Source: Selaginella moellendorffii (lineage: Eukaryota; Plantae; Lycopodiophyta). From it: DNA of 64,000 nucleotides. The notes below the pieces were generated by a model. That model was not told where the DNA came from and did no database searches. It saw only the letters and a program-made list of their open reading frames with translations. Each line of letters opens with the position of its first letter. Position 1 is the stretch's first letter. The stretch covers positions 186,001 to 250,000 of the forward strand of contig NW_003314284.1 in assembly GCF_000143415.4 (NCBI RefSeq), read 5' to 3'. This document shows positions 25,883 to 38,429 of the stretch, piece by piece. A program made the position numbers and the translations under genes.

Positions 25883-27980
25883 TGCCGATGATGGGCATCT
25901 GCTGCTTCAAGCCGCACAGGGTTCAGGGGGCCCAGCAGAATCTATGGTGGCAAGCACAGAGAACTGGTCCAGTGCTGGGACAAGCAGAGCAGCAAAATGC
26001 AGATCCTCTGATGGAAATTTGGTGACATTTTTTGATACTGCTTCGGCTGAGGCACTGGATGATGCTGTTGCAGAGTTCTTCTTTGCCGAGAACATCTCCT
26101 TCAACACAATCCAAAGAGACAACTTGAAGAGAATGCTGAAAGTTGCCGCAAAAGTGGGGCGTCCAGCGATTGACAACCTCATGGGATATGAGAAGTTGCG
26201 GACAACTGAGCTACAGCGAATCTACAACAACGTTCAGAAGTGGCTTGAAGATGTGCGGCTAAGTTGGAGGACATATGGTTGTACCATTGTCACGGATGGC
26301 TGGTCTGATATCAAGAAGCGGTCTTTTATCAACTTCATGGTCAGTTCTGTGAGAGGCTCAATTTTCCTGAAGGTTGTGGACAGCAAGAACACGAAAAAAA
26401 CCGGAGCATGGTTGTTTGAGCAGCTGAAACAAGTGATTGCTGAGGTTGGCACGGAAAACGTTGTGCAGGTGGTGATGAAACAAGTGATTGCTGAGGTTGG
26501 CACGGAAAACGTTGTGCAGGTGGTGATGGACAATGCAAGCAACTGTGTGGTCATGGGGGAGCTTTTGCAGCAGGAGTTTCCACAGATTGTACACGTTCAC
26601 TGCGTTTGCCACATTATGGACTTGCTGTTCGAAGATATTGGAGCTCTGTCTTGGGTGCAGCCTTTCGTCGATGGCTGTGCGAAGACAGTTACCTTCATCA
26701 CCTCAAAACCATGGGTTCTAACTCTTTATAGAACTTTCTGCAAACGCGACCTGATAAAGCCTGTGACCACGAGGTTTGCTTATATTTTTCTCGTGATGTC
26801 TCAGCTTCTGGAGACCACGAATCTCTCTGGGCTTCGAAGAATGGTGGTGAGCCAAGAATGAGAGCGACTTGACTGGTCTAAGAAACCGGAGGGCCTGGAG
26901 CTGCAATCTCGTGTTCTCAATGACTCGTTCTGGGAGCGGTGCGAGAATTTGTTAATTTTGCTCGGACCTTTACTTCGAGTTCTTCAGCTCGCTGATCGGG
27001 AGGGGGCGACTTCAAGCCTCATCTTTGAAGCTGTTGATCGGCTGATCGAGACGATGGATGAGGGAGCTCGAAACGGAATTTATGCACATGAGGAAGTGGG
27101 ACAAATCAAGGATTTCCTACTTGAATCACATGGTCTGAAGGAGGCAAGGTGGTATCAAATGCACAACATCATTCATGGAGCTGCTTTTGCTCTTCATCCT
27201 CTGTTTCTGGGGGATAACCCGGAGAACAACAAGCTGGACAATGAGGCACGCGGGAACTGGCTGGAGTACATGCATGTTTATAGTGGAGGTGATCTGGACT
27301 TGCAGTTGAGATTGCAGGCACAGTTTGAGAGGTTTCGGCACAGCTTGGACAGCAAATAAGGTTACCTGTTGCCAAAGATCGGGAGACTAGAAAGTTTCTA
27401 GTAACCTGGTGGAGTTCTTTTGGTTTAGAGATGCCTAATCTATGTCGCATGGCTCTCCGGATTTTAAGCCAAGTTGTTTGCGCTTTTCCATGCAAGAGGA
27501 ATTAGAGCTCATGGAGCTTGATACAAACAAAGCATAGGTCCCACTTGCTTCCCACAAATGCTGAGAAGCTGGTTTACATTCACACAAACTTGCGGGTTGC
27601 TCAAAAGCTGGAGAGTGAAGGTTTGAGGATGCTAGAGATTGATATAGACAAGCTAGAGTTGGAGCCTCATTGGAAGAGGATTTTGGATTTACAAGAAGCT
27701 TTTGAGGAACCAAATCAAGCTGTTGAGGAGTTTAGTATTGATATAGGATGGAAGATGATTCGGAATCGGAAGACGACTAAAATGGCTTCTTCTTTCATTT
27801 GTTTTAGTATTTTATTTGGTTAGGTTTTATAAACTTAATATCAGATTAAAGTGTCTTCAGTAAATATTAGTGTTTTCTTAATCATTTTAGGCTTTAACAT
27901 GTAAATGTTGGATTGTCCTGAAAAAAACGTTTTAAACGGCATTTAAACGTCAACACATTTTAACGTTAGCTGCAACTATG
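25883..27980 (+). mobile_element. hAT transposon, right copy (transposase with stop, frameshift and a 51-bp internal duplication)
   Basis: GCTIVTDGWSD, duplicated KQVIAEVGTENVVQVVM, CVCH; ends TAGCTGCAACTATG at 27980. Confidence 0.9.
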
Positions 27981-30900
27981 CTAGTGATTGATCGATCGCC
28001 TGGAAATACTTCTTCCACTGATCCGGTCCCGCAAGAAGATCACGATTTCATAGCTCGGCATCCGACATGGCTGCCTCCGATTCACGGCTTGAGCAAAGCA
28101 GTGCCGGATTGTGACCGAGCAGCGTCATCGTCTTTGTCTGCCACATTGATTGCCGCACTGGATCAACTGGCCCGAGCGATTCCCGATTCCCGGGCAACCA
28201 AGAACTGGAAGAGGGCTTACACTGCAATCAAGAGGCTCATGGTAACTTTACTTCCTTCAACTTTGGAGAGTTCTTATGTTCTGTTTCTAGAATATAAGAA
28301 GAACGACGAGGCAGAGTGCTGTCGGGACTGGAGCTTGGAATTTGGAGCCTCTACAGCCCGTCACGCTTATACATTTCGGGCTTCTCTACAATCAGTACGT
28401 GGATAGAAGTTTACCATCCTTCCTGCTATGGTGGCAGGAGAGCCGAGTATATTCTTGTGTTTCTCATATGCTCCCATATGGCAGTGCTTGTCTTTGAAGC
28501 AATGGCGGGGTCTAGGCATGAACGATGGACACATGTGTGGAGTTTCAACATTGATTGCCTGGACGGGCTCATCACAGCGCTTTATACGTAATCGTTGTTT
28601 CCCTCTTCGAGGTTTCCCCTCACACTTGTGTTTGTAGGATTGAAATGGTGTTACGAATTTTGGCTCTTGGTTTTATCAGAGGTCGTCACTGCTACATGCG
28701 GAATCCATACAATAGGCTCGACTTTGTCATTGTTTTCGATTCCTGATAATGTTGAGGTTTTGTATTTGATGGTCGTAAGTGTTTCACCAGCTCTTTGGGA
28801 GGTGCATAACTGCACATGATTTTTTCGCGTGGATAGCCGTGTTCCGCGTGTTTCGGCTAGCGTTGAAGCACGTCACATTTTTTGCCGATGTCATAGTATG
28901 GTTTGTAAATTTCTGATTTGTGCATTGTTAACACTTTACAATAGACCATCATGGCGGCCGTGAAAAAGAGCATTGGTCCTCTCCAAAACGTTATCCTTTT
29001 GACGTTCTTTCTGTTGGTTTTCTATTCTCTACTCGGCACACAGATCTTGCAAAACTCGATGAATCAAAGGTAATCTCGATAGTTCTTATCACGTGATATC
29101 AAAATCCTCCTGGGCAGGTGCTTTCGAATAGCGGAGCAACTTGCTTATCCCATGCGCTTTTGTGACGAAAAAGCTGCTGGCTGCTACGTACGTCCACCAT
29201 TTCAGAACTGTATGATGTGTTTTTTCTATAAGCTCATTCCTTATCCATCTCTTTGTTTGTAGACACACTAGAATCCCAACCATGGAGCGACAGCTTTTGA
29301 TTATCTCTGGTATTCGCTGCTTACCATGTTTCAGGTTTGTGTCACTTCATAGCATCTTATCGCCTTAGCACACTTCAAAGTGGTCACTCTGCAGGTGATA
29401 ACTTTGGAAGGATGGAGCCTCGTCATGCATGATGTGAAGGATGCTGAAGGGGAGCGAGCCAGTAAGGCGTTGACATTGTTTCTTTTATTGCTTACACAAG
29501 CCATTGCACCACAGATTCGTACTTTATGACGTTAATTGTTCTGGGTACATATTTCCTGGCGGACGTTTTCATCGCCGGTATCAGTGGTGTATTTCTTCGT
29601 GTTCGATCAGAGCATCAGGTGCACACTTGTTTACTGATTTCCCATCACCCCCTGTCCCTAGCATGGAGTTCACATATCAACGCTTGACATCACCAAATGA
29701 TCAGGCTTAAGTTAAGCTGTTATTATCCAGGCTTTGCTGAGGAAAGCCCATAGAACCTCGGTAAGTGCTGAAAGACAATATCGTCAAAGCCGACTCGCAC
29801 ATGCCATGGTATAACCGCTTACTCAACAGGTCAAGAAAGGTGTAGCAGAATGTCGCGAGAGCCTTAAGTCGGACACGGACCTCCCTGCGGACTGCCCTTC
29901 AAGCCAGATCAATGAGAGTGCGGTCCAGTAGGTCTTTCAGTCGAAGTATGACGATAGGAGTTCAAGCAGCGTTGACAGTTTCCGGAAAAGGCCGCGACAT
30001 CGTTGAACATCCCAAGTTTGAGTGGGGAGTACTTCTCAGTGTCACCATTAACGTCGTGCTCTTATCGTCCTTCTGGGATGTCAAAACGGTTGTTGCATAC
30101 GCTCAGTATTCATTTCACGACTTCCTTTCTATTCGTTCAGCATGATAAATTTTGTATGCAGACGGGTTGCAAGCAGTAATGCTTTTTGCTTTCAGCGGGG
30201 AACTTCTGCTGCGCTTTCTAGCATATGGTCCTGGCGATTTTCTTGACGATGGTGAGTTCTTTGTTCATGTTGTCTTCTGGTCTGATCCCGAAATTTTCAG
30301 GAATGAATTTGCTGAACTTGATAGTTGTTTTCACATCTATTGTGGCACTCAGTTCTCATTCGTTTCCAAATTTAACATCAATAAAAATTATGCGGTGGTT
30401 TTACTCTTCGAAGAAGTATTTTGCAAAAATGGGGGTCTTACTGGATCCGCTTTAGAGGCCCCACCATCGGTCGTTCCAGCTGCAGAGTCTTCTGAAGCAC
30501 CGCTGTCGCGTCACAGGCGTTCTTCCCAAGTTTTACAGGTTTCTGGTTTTCCGTCTAATATCGGTGAAAGGAGGGGTTCAAGAACCGCACTTCAAGATGC
30601 CGTGATAACTCTGGACGAGATTCTCAGCAGTCCAAAAATTGTCCCCGATTTCATCTGGAGTCTGCAGAAGATCAACTTTGTGGTGAGCACATGCTTATCT
30701 TATTTTGCTCGACATTGTACATTGTTTTGGAGCAGGTCTTTTTGCTAGACTGTTTGATGAAGATCGTTGCACAGGGACTTATTTTGCGCCAGACGCATAC
30801 CTGAGTGACTGGTACAACATCTTGGACTTGTTTATTCTCGTCACCGATGCGCTTATTCTTCTGAAGTATAACGCTGAGGATGAAACTTCCATACCAACCG

Positions 30901-32590
30901 TCGGTGCGTTTACTTCTCTTCGGTCATTTCGTTTCGTGGTTCGGTTTACAGGACTGAGGTCATTATTATCGAATTACCTGTGAAATATAATAATGCAATG
31001 ACCCGACAATATGAACCGAGCATATTGTACCGGCCTCTATGTTAATGACATCGGCATCCTTGCTCCCCGAGCCTGGGTTAATAACGTTTTCCACTTCGAC
31101 GACATCCAGAATGCCCTCCTCAGTATGTTCGCCTGCTCCACTTTCGACAACTGGCTGATGCACTTCATGTATCCTGTCATGGACATCACTAGGGAAGACC
31201 ACCAGCCTGTTCGGAACGCAAGTCCTGTCAACGCCTTGTTTTTCGTGGCATTCTGCTGTATCGGGGGATTTTATATCGTGTTTATCAACGAGTTTGGAAA
31301 AAATTCTGGAGCAGTTCTTCTCACAGAGAGGCAGAAGCTGTGGAGGGACATGAACCGTATCATCCAGAAAACTTATGCTATTCCGCTGGCTCGACGACCA
31401 AGCAATCCCATCCGGGGGATGTGCTTCTACTTGATTCGCAATCTGACATATCAAAAGTGCATGATCCTCGCACTCCTTGGCTACTCTGGGCTACTTGCGA
31501 CTAACTATGCTGGGCAGTCGGCAGTTGTTTCGGACCGGCGTCAGATGGCTCACTGTGCGATTACAACATATTTCCTGCTCGAATCCGTGATGGAGTTCCT
31601 TGGCGACGAGGTACCTCATTCATCTTTTTCTCGATTGTTTTTTGTTTGACCACCTGGTTTTTCCTTTCTCCAGTGGAAGGTCTATAAGAACGAGGTTGCA
31701 CGGCAGATGACGTTTGGACTCTCCATAATGGCCGCCATTGGTCTCTTGGGAAAGAAGGGAACGGTGAGGGGCTATGTCGGCCGCACTGCCTACATTGCTC
31801 AAGTTTTTTGCATCATTCCTCACGTAGTGAGAGTGCGGGTTATTATGCGAACAATGTTCATCTGTTTGCCAACTGTAGCTGAGATACTCGTTCTTCTCGC
31901 AATTTTCATGTATATGTTTGCGGGGATGGCTTTCCAACTCTTCAGTGCAATGAAGGAAGGGACCTGCATTGGCCCGTCTGTCAACTTTCACACTTTCGTC
32001 AACGCTTTCATTAACTGGTCTTGCGTTATGATGGATACCACAATTGATGCACCCGCCTGCACCAACGGTAAAACACTACTCGGTGATGATTGTGGCTATC
32101 CAGAGGGCGGGACTATCTTCTTCACCTTCTTGGTCTTGGTCGGGAGTCACATATTCATGAACTTGTTCGTGGCTGTCATACTGGATGCTGTAACCTTCAG
32201 CCTTTTGAACGAGAACTCTATGGTTATGCCGGAGCACCTGTTAGCGTATCGAAACTTGTGGAGCCAAGAACCATTCGATCCCAAGTAAGCCACTTACTTA
32301 CGTTCAAGTCCTTGTGGAACTAACTTTACAATCGTCCAGTGCTATGGGATACATTGGCATGCACAAGCTGCGACGATTTGTAAACGCCCTCGGTGACCCG
32401 CTGAGCCGGCGCTACAAGTCCGCAACCCAATGGTTTGGCGTGTGTTTGTGGAGTCCTCCCAATCTCGTTTTCTTCTTTGTTCTGCTCAGGTACGTGAGAA
32501 TAGAGTACGAGGTGATGAGTTTTCGAGTTCCAAACAAAGGAATCCCTTTCAAGGAGCTGCTGGAACGCTGACGCTGTATAAGATGGGACC
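27978..32590 (+). pseudogene. Four-domain voltage-gated Ca2+/Na+ channel alpha-subunit-like gene (multi-exon, damaged)
   Basis: DI: EMVLRILALGF...YMRNPYNRLDF, S4 AVFRVFRL, pore TMFQ/VITLEGW (29401). DII: ELLLRFLAYG, with S5-P-S6 apparently missing. DIII: YLSDWYNILDL, SLRSFRFVVRF, FDDIQNALLSMFACSTFDNW, linker LLTERQKLW. DIV: VNFHTF...DDCG...FMNLFVAVILD, then EF-like LW...FDP..MGYI. Confidence 0.88.
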
Positions 32591-32710
32591 AACTGTAAGT
32601 AGCTGTTATTCCAACCTTTTGATACTGACGCTTGGTTCCCGTGTTTAACGGGAGGCTAATCCGAGCCAAGCGTAAGTATCAAAAGGTTGGAATAGCAGCT
32701 ACTTACAGTT
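32591..32710. repeat. Foldback inverted repeat at an inversion breakpoint
   Basis: aactgtaagtagctgttattccaaccttttgatactgacgcttgg...ccaagcgtaagtatcaaaaggttggaatagcagctacttacagtt, about 45-bp arms with few mismatches. Confidence 0.85.
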
Positions 32711-32789
32711 GCCTCCCGTTAAACACCATCCTGATTCATTCTCTCTCCGCTTACCTGGCGATGATGTGGACAATGATTGGAGGGTGCGG

Positions 32790-34389
32790 CAGCATTTCCA
32801 TGACAACATTGTGTGGATCACTGTGAAGAAAGATGCTTCGGAGGACGATCTCAAGGAGCTCCTCAACGCTCTTGAATGGGGTGAAATGAAAGAGAGGATT
32901 TTATAGCAGGGCCATCCTCTGGCCAGATCCTGGTGACAACCAGAAAGGAAGGCATTTTGCATCCGGATGCAAAGGCATTTGCTGTGCATGAGCTATCAAT
33001 GGACGAAAGCAAAAAGATGTTTTGGAAGTTTGCCTTCAGTGTGCATGATCCACAACCCAGTGACCCTGATGTTGTGGGATTTGCCAAGAAAATAGCTCGA
33101 AAATGTGAGGGACTTCCTCTCGCTCTGGAAGTGATTGGCAGTGCCATGGCTGTCCACAGAAGAGAAGGGCCACATGTGTGGGAAGAACGATATAAGAGGT
33201 TGCACTTGTCCAATGACCCAGATGTTGAGAAGCAGATGTTCAAACGCTTGAAGTTCAGCTATGACGAGCTGGGAAACTATGAGGGTGAAAAGCTGCAAGA
33301 GAGCTTTCTCTATGTGGCTGCATTCCCACACAAATTAATTGAATTTAGTTCCTTGAGCAAATGTTGGATGGAGGTTGGGTCAGAACTCTCACCCACAGCG
33401 ATTGTCAATGAACTGGAACGGAGATGCCTGGTCAAGATAGATAAGTCTTGGGGGTATGAAGAAGCTCCTGGTTATATAATCGTACACGATATGCTACCAT
33501 CTGACTCACTTTTGTTCCTCGAATGTCAAGCACTTGAAGGTTTTTCAGCTTGGAAATGCTCTCTGGAATAAAATGGATCCTAGAGCATCGCCACAAGCTC
33601 AATACCTTGACACCTTGTATGTGATTGATAAGACTGTCATCCACATTAGAAAGTCCTATACATTCATCCATAAGTATAGCGCTTTTCAGCCTGACATCAC
33701 TGAAATATCTAAAATCTACTTAGTGGACGCCCATAAAGTGTAACATTGCATTACTGCCCCAGCTCTCCAACTTGGAAGAGCTGGAGCTGAGCCTTGATTC
33801 AAAAGAGGAGTCATCAGTTGTGGATTTGACTGGAATTTCACGTAAACTAAGACTTCTAGATCTAAGAATGACACATGGTACAATGAAGGTGCCAGAAAGC
33901 ATGGGGACATTGGAGCACATTGAAACATTGGTTTTACATGCAAACAACATTGACTTTGCCAGTTTCGTTGGGTTATGGCAACTTGTCAACCTAACAAAAT
34001 GTCTAATTCGTGTGAGAACCGTCAGCAGAGCTACTTGGAAACAAATGTTTATGAAATCAATCAAGCTTCAACATTTTTCCATCGTTGGGGTAGAAGACAG
34101 TGAAAGTAGTGATGACAGCTTCGAATGGTTGCAACTACAATATTTAGACATCCGTGATATCATAAACCTATCTTGGTTGCCCCATAGAAACATTTTTTTA
34201 TTAAATGCAATCGTATCCACTTCTTCAACCTGGATGGATCATTCCCAAGTCTTGAAAGGCTGTGGCTTACTAATCTACGCATTGCACAGTCAAAATTCAA
34301 GGATGATTTGGCTGCCAGTCTTCCAAATCTGAAAGAGTTGCACTTTTGGCTAGCTCCTGATATTGAATGGGAGCAATTGCCTCTCTTCA
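32790..34389 (+). pseudogene. Inverted NB-ARC-LRR fragment of the NLR, with a nested micro-inversion at about 33498-33672
   Basis: GLPLAL, IIVHDML and LRRs on +. The segment MDECIGLSNVDDSLINHIQG...LDIRGTKVSQ lies on -. Confidence 0.88.
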
Positions 34390-34490
34390 CGAGAGCCTGC
34401 ATTTTCGTCGCAGCGCCCTGGATGTACACGGCCTGGATCCGCTTCTCACGCTCGATGCGCAGAGTGAGAGGCAACCCCTGCGTTAATCCG
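34390..34490 (-). pseudogene. Displaced IQ-motif exon of the channel
   Basis: GLPLTLRIEREKRIQAVYIQGAATKMQALV, reverse complement of about 40545-40643. Confidence 0.85.
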
Positions 34491-34509
34491 AGGCACGCTC
34501 CCATTCGCC

Positions 34510-35085
34510 TCCCAACAGTCCAACCCATTTGCTACGGGCTTCAGGATCCAAGAGGGCATTCACCACCTCATCCAGCAGTTGCTCATGGCCCCCAAACATG
34601 GGATCAGGAAAAACACGCCGTACATATTTTTTTGCAGGGCCTCTGTCTTGCGGGGAACTCCGTACGGCGAAGCTAGTGCTCGGCTGTATCACTCTCAACT
34701 CTTCTCGCTCGTACCTTTCAATTTTCGGAAGGAGATCGTCCTCGTAGCTGTGTATCAGCTCCGAGATCTTGTCACAACGCTTCTCCCTGTGAAACATCCA
34801 TAGATCATTTAGCTGTACTGTTAAAGCTCTCAAGTGTATATGCTTACTGTGATCCCAGCAGTGCTTGCGCCTTGTCGTTCCATTTTGTGACAAGATCAAG
34901 ACACTCCTCGGCTCCATCAGAGTAGCGGAACTCTGGATTCCGGTGCTTGTGAGTATTAAACTTGTTAAGCATGGCCTGAATGCTGGTCGCCCCCTTGTCC
35001 AGCTTCGCAATGTCCACATTCAGCTCGTGCCCGTGACTTTCGATCTGCGACAGGAGATCGTGGTAGGAGCTTATGCACTCCATAA
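34510..35085 (-). pseudogene. NLR N-terminal fragment (second N-repeat up to just before the P-loop); exon 1 deleted
   Basis: MECISSYHDLLSQIESHGH...KWVGLLG, matches about 43245-43812. Confidence 0.88.
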
Positions 35086-35517
35086 TAGGAATGGAGTCCT
35101 TTTAAAACCGTTGTTTCGGCTCTCTGGTACATAGCATGTCAAGCTTGCGAGCCTTTGAATCATTTGAGAGCATAGCCTGCGTGGAACTTGTCTGCGTCAA
35201 TTCTCGACAGCAGAAGCTGCGAGAAGAATTTAAAGTTCCAAGTGTAAGCAAACCAAGACTTGTATGTACCTTGAATGAAACTTAACACGAAACAATTAGT
35301 TCGATGCTTTACACCAATCAAAGCTTTGAACAAATAGCACACGCTCCTACGCTTTCCCAATACACAAAACACGGAGCACTGGAGAAAGGATACTGATAGC
35401 AAAGAAACAAACTCTACTTACAGTATAAACCCCGCTTATCGTCCTAATTTTCAAAACCGCTCTGGCCACCACAGGCAAAACATCACGCAAGGGTCCATTC
35501 TAACAAAAACCTGACCT

Positions 35518-37282
35518 TCATGCTGCAACAGGAGAATCCGGAGCTGATCCAATTGAAGAAGCTTCGGGATCCTTAGGCAAGGCAACGTAATTCATCATCG
35601 GAGAGTAGCGTTTCACCCGGCTACCCTTTTGAGGACCCTGATTGCTAGCCTTAGGTGCGGGTAAGGGCTCAGGGACTATCGAAAGTCGTCGGTTTGCATT
35701 GTTTCCACTCACGCGAAGTCCCACCTGTCCCTTTTTGGACGGCTTTGTGCCGTAGAGCAGCTCCTGCTCAGTTTGCAGTTGTTCCTGCATTCTCTTCTCC
35801 TCCTGCATTTAGCCAGTTAACGTCTTAACAGGCACTAAACTGCAGAGTTACCCTCAGTCGGCGCTTTTCTTCTTCTTTCTCTCGTCGTAGCAAGCTATAT
35901 TCTTCTAGAATTGCCAGTAGAGAAATCTGCAAAGCACTTTCAGAAGCGTCTACGAAAATCACTTACGTACCCCGTTATATAAGAAGGGCCTGCCTCTTTC
36001 GTCCTCCCAAGACCGCGTTTTGGACTTCAATGATTCAAGAAGATCTGCAAACGGGTTGTGAAAACTGAGAAAAGGAAATAGCAAACGAAGAATTCAAACG
36101 CACTGGGGAGTTTGGCCACGATGACACGAGCTCTTTCTGCACGTTTTAGATTCAAATGTGCTCCTCTGGTTGCATTGAAGCGGCTTTCATCCTACAATCG
36201 AAAATGAATAAGTGAAATAGCGTAACGCTCATACCTTATTGTATTCTTCAAGCTTGCTTTCTTCTTCACACGCACTAATCCACCGTTCCATTCATTCCAT
36301 TATATCTTGTCTGCCGAGTGATTCTTCCTTCTCCTCGGCGATACTACTTTCGATTGTAGCAAGTAGTTCTGACAAGTCCACTATCCCTGTGCACACGAAA
36401 CATCAGCCAGGAAATGCACACAGAATAAATTTTTACCTGACTCCCGATCGTCTTGGCTAAGTTCTCTAGCGTCTCATCGCTAATACTTCTGCTCTGGCCT
36501 GGATCACAAAGGCTCGGATGCACTTCCTTGACAGCCTCGGTGTAGTCTGCCCCCAACAGGACGCAATATCCCTGCAGAACCTCGAGAAGCTCTGAGAATT
36601 TGTGGAGCCGGCTACTCTGGAAATGTCACTTGTAAGAAAAAAGAATGCCAACCGTGCCAATACAAACCAACCTTTACATCCTGAAGCTCTTGAACCTGGC
36701 AATGGTACTCATACAGCTTTCTCAGCAACAAACCTTTCCAAGAAAAAGCTCCATTCTCGGCCTCTTGCAATGCCCCTGGCGATATCTCCTGAGAGAGCCT
36801 TTGTGTCTGGCATTGCACGTCCTCAAATTGCTTCCGCCGCTCCTCTTTCCTCAGACGCAAGCATTCTAACTGAGGTGAGACGGACAAGAGCTGCTCTCGC
36901 AGAGTAGTGCCCGACCTCTTCTCTAACTGAAAGGAAGAACAACGGGCATTAGAAAAGCACTGTGAGATGGATCAAACAACGCGTACCATGCAAGGGCGAT
37001 CACCCAGGAGCGACAGGAGCGACGCGAGCTCCGACTCGGAATCCGCCAGCAGCTGGTGCAGCCGAGCCCTCGCGCAATTCGCTTGATCCACCTTTCGCCG
37101 GTACACATCCAGGCATTCTTGCTCCAGCTGGAGCAGCATTCTGTCCCTCTCCTCGTCGCTCTCCCCCATCTCCTCCGCGCGGGCGATCCACCGCGATCGT
37201 GAGAAACTCCAGAGGTAATATTTCGCGAGGTTACCTGGAGCTCCCGCAGCAGCGATCGGCAAGTCGTGTCCTCGCCTTCCAT
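35518..37282 (-). pseudogene. MAP65: MAP65 duplicate with an internal deletion of about 440 bp and a damaged exon-2 acceptor
   Basis: Collinear with 45161-47376 but lacks about 46088-46526; further substitutions and indels. Confidence 0.85.
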
Positions 37283-37435
37283 GGCCTCCAGAATCAAAAT
37301 GCGAGTCCCCAGATCACTCAAAACAATCAAGAATCCTCCGCGAGAACGCCGCCGCCCTCGCCATCGCCCCCTGCTCCAACCTAAACCTTTTACGCCTGCC
37401 ACGTGTTACAGAGCCTAAACCAGCGACAAATATTC

Positions 37436-38270
37436 TCAGCGTTTAAATTGATGCTTCTTGCAGTATGAGTGACCTCGATCCTGGTGGTGGTGATGGTCGT
37501 GACTATGGTTGTGACCATGGTCGTGGCTGGGATGGCGATGGTGCTGGTGCTTCTCAGCGCCATGCTCGTGATCAGAGCACTGTGTTCTTCTGGCGTGATC
37601 GTCGTCCTTGGAGCACTGCTTACCACCGTCGTGATCGTGGTCGTGATCCTTGCAATTCTTTCCCTGGTGATGGTGGTGGCCTGATGATCTCTTCTTCCCT
37701 GTCCCTCGGAGTAAAAGCGTACTGTTTGAGATCACCAGCAAGCACGCCCCGACGTCGACCAGGACCGCCATCCACAGGTAGCCATAGCCAGCGAACGAGA
37801 ATGCCAGTATCGCCACTTTGAGGCCCACCGAGATGACAACGTTCTGTATAACTTTGGTGCGGACTCTCCTTCCCAGACTCACCACCATGCTCAGCTTCCG
37901 GAGATCGTCAGTCACGAGGAAAACGTCCGATGTCTCCACAGCCACTGCTGATCCGGCTAGACCCATGGCAAATCCTACGTCCGCCGCTGCTAAAGCCAGG
38001 GCGTCGTTTATCCCGTCGCCTATCATTCCCGCCACACCGTGGTTTTCTTTCAGCTCTTGGATGATTTTGACTTGGGAGAAGACCGGAGTGTACAGTAACT
38101 CCTCCCAACTGTAATGGAGATTATTCAGTGACACCTCGAAGATGGAAATAGAAGCTTACATTGCTCTGGACGCTCTGGGCCGTCTCATGGTTATCCCCAG
38201 ATAGCATATGGATATGGAGCTTCATACGCTGCCATACACAAAAGAAAGCTTGTAAGGAAACAAGGGGCAA
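37436..38270 (-). pseudogene. 3' fragment of the HMA P1B-ATPase (duplicate)
   Basis: GDGINDA, last TM helices and His-rich tail, matching about 47580-48480. Confidence 0.88.
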
Positions 38271-38429
38271 TATTTCGAGCATCGATCTGCAAGTCGTGTC
38301 CTCGCCTTCACTTTATCTCTCTCCCCTCAAGCCAATTGAAAAAGAGGCAATTGCTTGACGATTTGGAATGGTGGTCACTTGAGGCTCTTGTTTTACTCTC
38401 AGGGCTGCTGCCAGATCCTCAGCTCGAGA

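Noticed and set aside
25728-26861. 377-aa ORF as an intact transposase
   Set aside because: It spans the N gap, starts in the antisense arm and ends at a premature stop
24028-27980. A single hAT element bounded by its own TIRs
   Set aside because: Both ends are copies of the same 3' terminus and there is no 8-bp TSD
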